64,000 bases of DNA from the human T2T-CHM13v2.0 reference genome, Homo sapiens, in NCBI RefSeq assembly GCF_009914755.1, contig NC_060947.1. One strand, given 5' to 3'. Position numbers and translations under genes: made by a program. This document shows, one piece after another, positions 54,850-64,000 of this stretch. The notes below the pieces were generated by a model. The model was not told where the DNA came from. It did no database searches and saw only the letters and a list, made by a program, of their open reading frames with translations. The first letter of the stretch is position 1. Each line of letters starts with the position of its first letter.

Positions 54850-55330
54850 CATCTCTATGCTGATGCTTCACAAACCTATATTTCTTTAGCCTTAGGTTCT
54901 GCCTAGGGTTTCAAATTGTTTTACTCATAAATATGTGAGTGTGCCAGAGGCATCTCAAATCCAATAAATCTTAAAAGGAAACACTCATCTGGCCTTCCTC
55001 AAACCTGATTTTTTTATCTTTATTTCAAATTTAAGTAAATGGCATCACCATCTACCAATATTCATGAGTTCCACATCCTGTAAGACATAAAAAAACTCTA
55101 GAAAGTTTTCATGCTAATTGTTCTCAAATTATTTCCCTTCTGTCACTCTACATTACCACTGCCCTATCTGGTCAGCTACCACTATAAACTTTTGCAAAAC
55201 ACTCCTAACTAAACTAGCTTTCTTTGTCTTCAGTATTGTCATCTTTACATCCATCTTCTAAGAATACAGGCAGAGTAATTCTCTAAAATCAAATGGGATT
55301 GTTGCATTCTGCTGCTTAAATTTGTTAATG
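54850..55330 (+). mobile_element. L2 fragment
   Basis: tctatgctgatg...aggcatctcaaat...agtaaatggcatcaccatctacca...ctcctaacta. Confidence 0.7.
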
Positions 55331-56384
55331 ACGTAATTGTATTTAAATTCTATATACGTTATGTTCTCTTTCATCTCTAGAAATATGTGCTTAATGTTCC
55401 CTTTGTCTATGATGTTTCACTCTCACACACAACATTTCAGACTGTCACCATTCAGCTTATACCTCTACTATGAGGCCTTGGGCAAGCTATTTATATTTTA
55501 ATTTTATTGTTTAAAATTATTTTATTAACAAATAATTATATATATTTATGAGGTATAATATTTTGATATATGTTTACAATATGGAATGAATAAAACAGGC
55601 TAATTAACAAATTTATCCCCTCATACACTTATCTTTTTGTTGTAAAAACATTTAAAAACTAGTCTTTCAGGATTTTGAAATATACAATGCATTATTACTT
55701 ATTATAGTCACCATTCTGTGCAATATATCACTAAAGCTTATTTCTCCTAAGTGAAACTTTGTACCTCTTCATCAACATCTCCTGTCTCCCAAACACACCC
55801 TCATCTAGCCTCTGTAACCTTTATTTTGCCCTCTACTTCTATGTGTTCAATTTAAATCTAAAAAAGTTAGATATAAGTGAGATTGTGCACTATTTACCTT
55901 TCTGTGCCTGGCTTATTTCACTTAGCATAATGTTTTCCATATATATATATATACACACACACACGTTGTTGCAAATGACAGTATTACTCCTTTTTTTAAG
56001 GCTGAATAGTATTTTATTGTGTATATGTATCATATTTTCTTTAGCAATTCATCTGATGGTGAACACCTAGGTTTCTGGATTGCATGTTAATTCCATTTTT
56101 AATTTTCTAAGGAAACTTTATACTTCTTCCCATAATGGTTGTATTAATTTACATTTTCACAAACAGTACACAAGGAATCCCTTTTCTTCACCTCCTTGCC
56201 AACATTTGTTATCTCTTCTTACCTTTTTTATAAAGCCATTCTAATCAGCGTAAGGTGATACCTCATTGTAGTTTTAATTTGCATTTTCCTGATGATCAGT
56301 GATGATGAGCATTTTTTCATATATCTGCTGGCCATTTGTATGTACTCTTTTAAAAATGGGTTATTTGTCCAGATGTTGTTTGGG

Positions 56385-56598
56385 TTTTTTTAAAATTATC
56401 ATTATACTTTAAGTTTTGGGATACATGTGCAGAACGTGCAGGTTTGTTACATATGTATACACGTGCCATGGTGGTTTGCTGCACCCATCAACTCGTCATC
56501 TAGTCATCTACATTAGGTATTTCTCCTAATGCTATCCCTCCCCTATTACCCCACCCACCGACAGGGCCCAGTTTGTGATGTTCCCCTCCCTCTGTCCT
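56385..56598 (-). mobile_element. L1PA7-like 3' fragment
   Basis: gggatacatgtgcagaacgtgcagg...ccatggtggtttgctgcacccatcaac. Confidence 0.85.
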
Positions 56599-58211
56599 CA
56601 TTGTTACTTTTTGTCCTGTTATTGAGATGGTTGATTTTCTTATATATTTTGTATATTAGCCCCTTATCAAATTTATAATTTGTAAATATTTTCTCCCAAA
56701 CTTTGGGTTGTCTCTTCACTCTAATAATTGTTGTTGTTTTCTTTTTTGATATGCAAGCACATTTTAGTTTAATGTAATCTCATTTTTAAAATTTTTGCTT
56801 TTGTTTTCTGTGGTTTTGGGATTATATTCAATAAATCATTGCCCAGACCAATGTCATGGAACATTTTTCCTGTGTTTTATTCTAGAATTTTTACAGCTTC
56901 CAGTCTTATGTTTAAGTCTTTAATTCATTTTGAGATTTTTGTATATGGTGTGAGATAAGGGTCCAATGTGATTCTTCTGCTTATGGACATCAAGGTTTCC
57001 CAACACCATTTATTGAAAAGACCATCTTTTGTCTATTATATTTGCCTGGCACCTTTGTCAAAAATCAATTGACCATAAATACATGGATTTATTTTTGGGC
57101 TCTCTATCCTGTTTCATTGGTCAATGAATCTGTTTTTATGCCAGTATCATGCTGTTTTGATTGCTATAGCCTTAATAGATTTTGAACTCAGTTAATGTGA
57201 CATCTCCAGTTTTGTTATTTTCTCCTCAAAATTGCTTTGGCTGTTTGAAGTCTGTGTGGTTCCCTGCAAATATTAGAACTATTTTTTTTGTTTCTGTGAA
57301 GAATGACATTGAAATTTTGATAGGGATTACATTGAATCTGTAGATTGATTTGGATAGTATGGGCATTTTAACTCTATTTATGCTTCCAATCCATGAACAT
57401 GAGATAGTTCATGTTTATTTGTGTCATCTATAGTTTCTTCAATTAATGCTTTATAATATTTAGTGTACAAATCTTTCACCTCCCTGAATAATTTACTTAT
57501 ATATTTTATTTTTTGATACTATTGTGAATATTATTGATTTTTAAATTTACTTTTTGAATAGTCTATTGCCAGTGTAAAGAAATACTACTAATTTTTGCAT
57601 ACTGATTTTGTACCCTGAAACATCACTGAATTTGTTAATTATTTCTAACAAGTTTTTTTGGTGGCATTTTTAGGCTTTTCTATATATATCATGTGATCAG
57701 CAGATGAGATATTTTAATTTTTCCTTTTCTATTTGGATGCCTTTTATTTCTTTTTCTTGTCTAACTTATCTGTCTATGACTTCCAGTGCTATGTTAAATA
57801 GAAGTGATGAGAGTGGACATCCTTGTCTTGTTCTTGATCTTAGAGTAAAAGCTTTCAACTTCTCACCATTGAGTATGATGTTAACTGTGGGCTTTTCAAA
57901 TATTGCATTTATTGTGTTGAGGTACAATTTTACACCAAAGTTGCTAAGAGTTTTTATTCATAAAAGAATGTTGAATTTTGTCAAAAGCTTTTTTAGTATC
58001 GATTAAGCTATTTGGTTTCTGTCCTTTATTCTGTTAATATGGTGTATCACATTTACTGCTTTAAGTATGTTAAAATATTCTTGTATCCCAGGGATAAATC
58101 TGAATTCATCATGGAGAATGATTCTCTTAATGTGCTGTTAACATCAGTTTTCTAGTATTTTGTTGAGAATTTTTGCATCTATGTTCATCAGAGATATTAG
58201 CCTGTAATTTT

Positions 58212-58819
58212 TTTTATTTTTATTTATTTTATTATTATTATGATACTTTAAGTTTTAGGGTACATGTGCACAACGTGCAGGTTAGTTACATATGTATACA
58301 TGTGCCATGCTGGTGTGCTGCACCCATTAACTCATCATTTAGCATTAGGTATATCTCCTAATGCTATCCCTCCCCCCTTCCCCACCCCGTAACAGTCCCC
58401 AGAGTGTGATGTTCCCCTTCCTGTGTCCATGTGTTCTCATTGTTCAATTCCCACCTATGAATGAGAACATGTGGTGTTTGGTTTTTTGTCCTTGCGATAG
58501 TTTACTGAGAATGATGAATTCCAATTTCATCCATGTCCCTACAAAGGACATGAACTCATCATTTTTATGGCTGCATAGTATTCCATGGTGTGTATGTGCC
58601 ACATTTTCTTAATCCAGTCTATCATTGCTGGACATTTGGGTTGGTTCCAAGTCTTTGCTATTGTGAATAGTGCCGCAATAAACATACATGTGCATGTATC
58701 TTTATAGCAGCATGATTTATAGTCCTTTGGGTATATACCCAGTAATGGGATAGCTGGGTCAAATGGCATTTCTAGTTCTAGATCCCTGAGGAATCGCCAA
58801 AATTGAAAAATGGGATCTA
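58212..58819 (-). mobile_element. L1PA3-like insertion with a very short 5' inversion
   Basis: Antisense 3' end to 58799, then the sense ORF2 piece gccaaaattgaaaaatgggatctaatta. Perfect 16-bp TSD attagcctgtaatttt at 58196-58211 and 58820-58835. Confidence 0.9.
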
Positions 58820-59511
58820 ATTAGCCTGTAATTTTCTTTGCTTGTCATGACCTCGTCTATCCTTAGTGTCAGGGTAATGCTGGCCTTGCAAAATGAGTTT
58901 GGAAGTATTCTCTCTTCACTTTGATTTTTGGGGAGAGACTGAGAATGATTGCTATTAGTTATTTAAATGAGTGATAGAATTCTGCTATGAAGCCTATCCT
59001 GGGCTTTTCTTTAATGAGAGATGTTTTATTATTGATTCAATCTTTTTACTCATTTTGGTCTGTTCAGATTTTCTATTTCTTCTTGATACAGCATTGATAC
59101 TTTGTGCATTTCTAGGAATTTATCCCTTTTTTCTACATTAAACTATTTTTTGGCATATTATTTTTCAAAGGAGTCTCTTATGATCCTTTTTATTTCTGTG
59201 GTATTACTTGTAATTTGTCCTATTAGTTTATGATTATATTTATTTGAGGCATATCTCTTTTTTGGTTTGGCTAAATGTTTGTAAATTTTATTTATATTTT
59301 CAAATAATCAACTGAGTTTTATTGATCTTTCTATTGCCTTTCTAGCATATATTTCATTTTTTTCTGCTCTGATGTTTATTATCACCTTCCTACTACTGAT
59401 TTTAGACTTATGTTAATTTTTTTGTTCCTTGAGATGTAACATTTAGTTGTTTACCTGAGATCTGTGTTATTTTTTTCACGTTGGCATTTGTTGTTATAAA
59501 CTTTCCTCTTA

Positions 59512-59877
59512 TGATGGTTTATTTTTCTGTGCAGAAGCAAATCCCATTTGGCAATTTTTGCTTTCGTTGCAATTGCTTTTGGTGATTTCATCATGAAACT
59601 TTGCCTGTGCCTATGTCCTGAATGGTATTGCCTAGATTTTCTTCTAGGGTTTTTATTGTTTTGGGTTTCACGTTTAAGTCTTTAATCCATCTAGAGTTAA
59701 GTTTTGTATAAAGTGTAAAGAAGGGGCACAGTTTCAATTCTCCGCGTGTGGCTAGCCTGTTCTCCCAGCACCATTATTCAATAGGGAATTCTTTTCCCAT
59801 TGCTTGTTTTTGTCAGGTGTCTCAAAGATCTGATGGATGTAGATGTGCGGTCTTATTTCTGAGTTCTCAATTCTGTT
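59512..59877 (-). mobile_element. Tail-less internal L1PA ORF2 fragment
   Basis: Matches L1PA ORF2 (compare 61170-61560), with no 3' UTR, poly(A) or TSD. Confidence 0.78.
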
Positions 59878-60217
59878 TTTTAGTTCTTTCATTACTCTTT
59901 TACAATGTTGTCATCTTTCTTTGTGCTTTGTCATATTTTTTGTAGCGGTGTACTTTAATTACTTTATCTTTTAAGTATCAATTGGAGGCTTTTTTCTTTG
60001 TGGTTACCAGGAATCTTATAGAAAACATTTTATAGTTTTAATGTCTTAATTCAACCTGATAATACCTTACTACAATCACATACAAAGGCTCTATAATTTT
60101 GCTTCCCCCCTCCACATATTATTCTTTTGATGTCATACTTTATATATATTTATATTGTTTATCTGTTAACCAGTTGTTTACAGCTATAACTGATTTAATA
60201 CTTTGTCTTTGTTTTAC

Positions 60218-64000
<3,783 letters not shown>

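Larger units (their letters stand above)
55500..60215 (-). mobile_element. L1MA6/7-like element with nested L1PA insertions
   Basis: 3' UTR ttttgaaatatacaatgcattattacttattatagtcaccattctgtgcaat, antisense ORF2, and inter-ORF region at 59880-60215. Confidence 0.82.

Overview
This is primate (very probably human) AT-rich, gene-poor genomic DNA, roughly 60% LINE-1. There are four long plus-strand L1s (an old L1MA10/L1MB-type copy, an L1PA16 and an L1PA8 with intact target-site duplications, and an internally deleted L1PA13-15 copy) and three large minus-strand L1s. About ten small, younger L1 3' fragments are nested in them or in other repeats. Six Alus, MaLR/ERVL LTR relics, MIR and L2 fragments fill much of the rest. 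I recognise no protein-coding gene: the listed ORFs are broken L1 ORF1/ORF2 pieces, antisense L1/Alu frames or chance ORFs. I cannot support a new biological system here. The notable features are retrotransposition mechanics: a clean L1 3' transduction, two twin-primed (5'-inverted) L1s, insertions that replace 1-3 kb of host L1, and the same sites in different host L1s hit repeatedly. Also notable are an AluY whose A-tail is replaced by a G-tract, an AluYd, a 130-bp local duplication and a perfect MARE motif. Subfamily names come from remembered diagnostic motifs, and boundaries of old repeats are approximate; both should be confirmed with RepeatMasker/Dfam.
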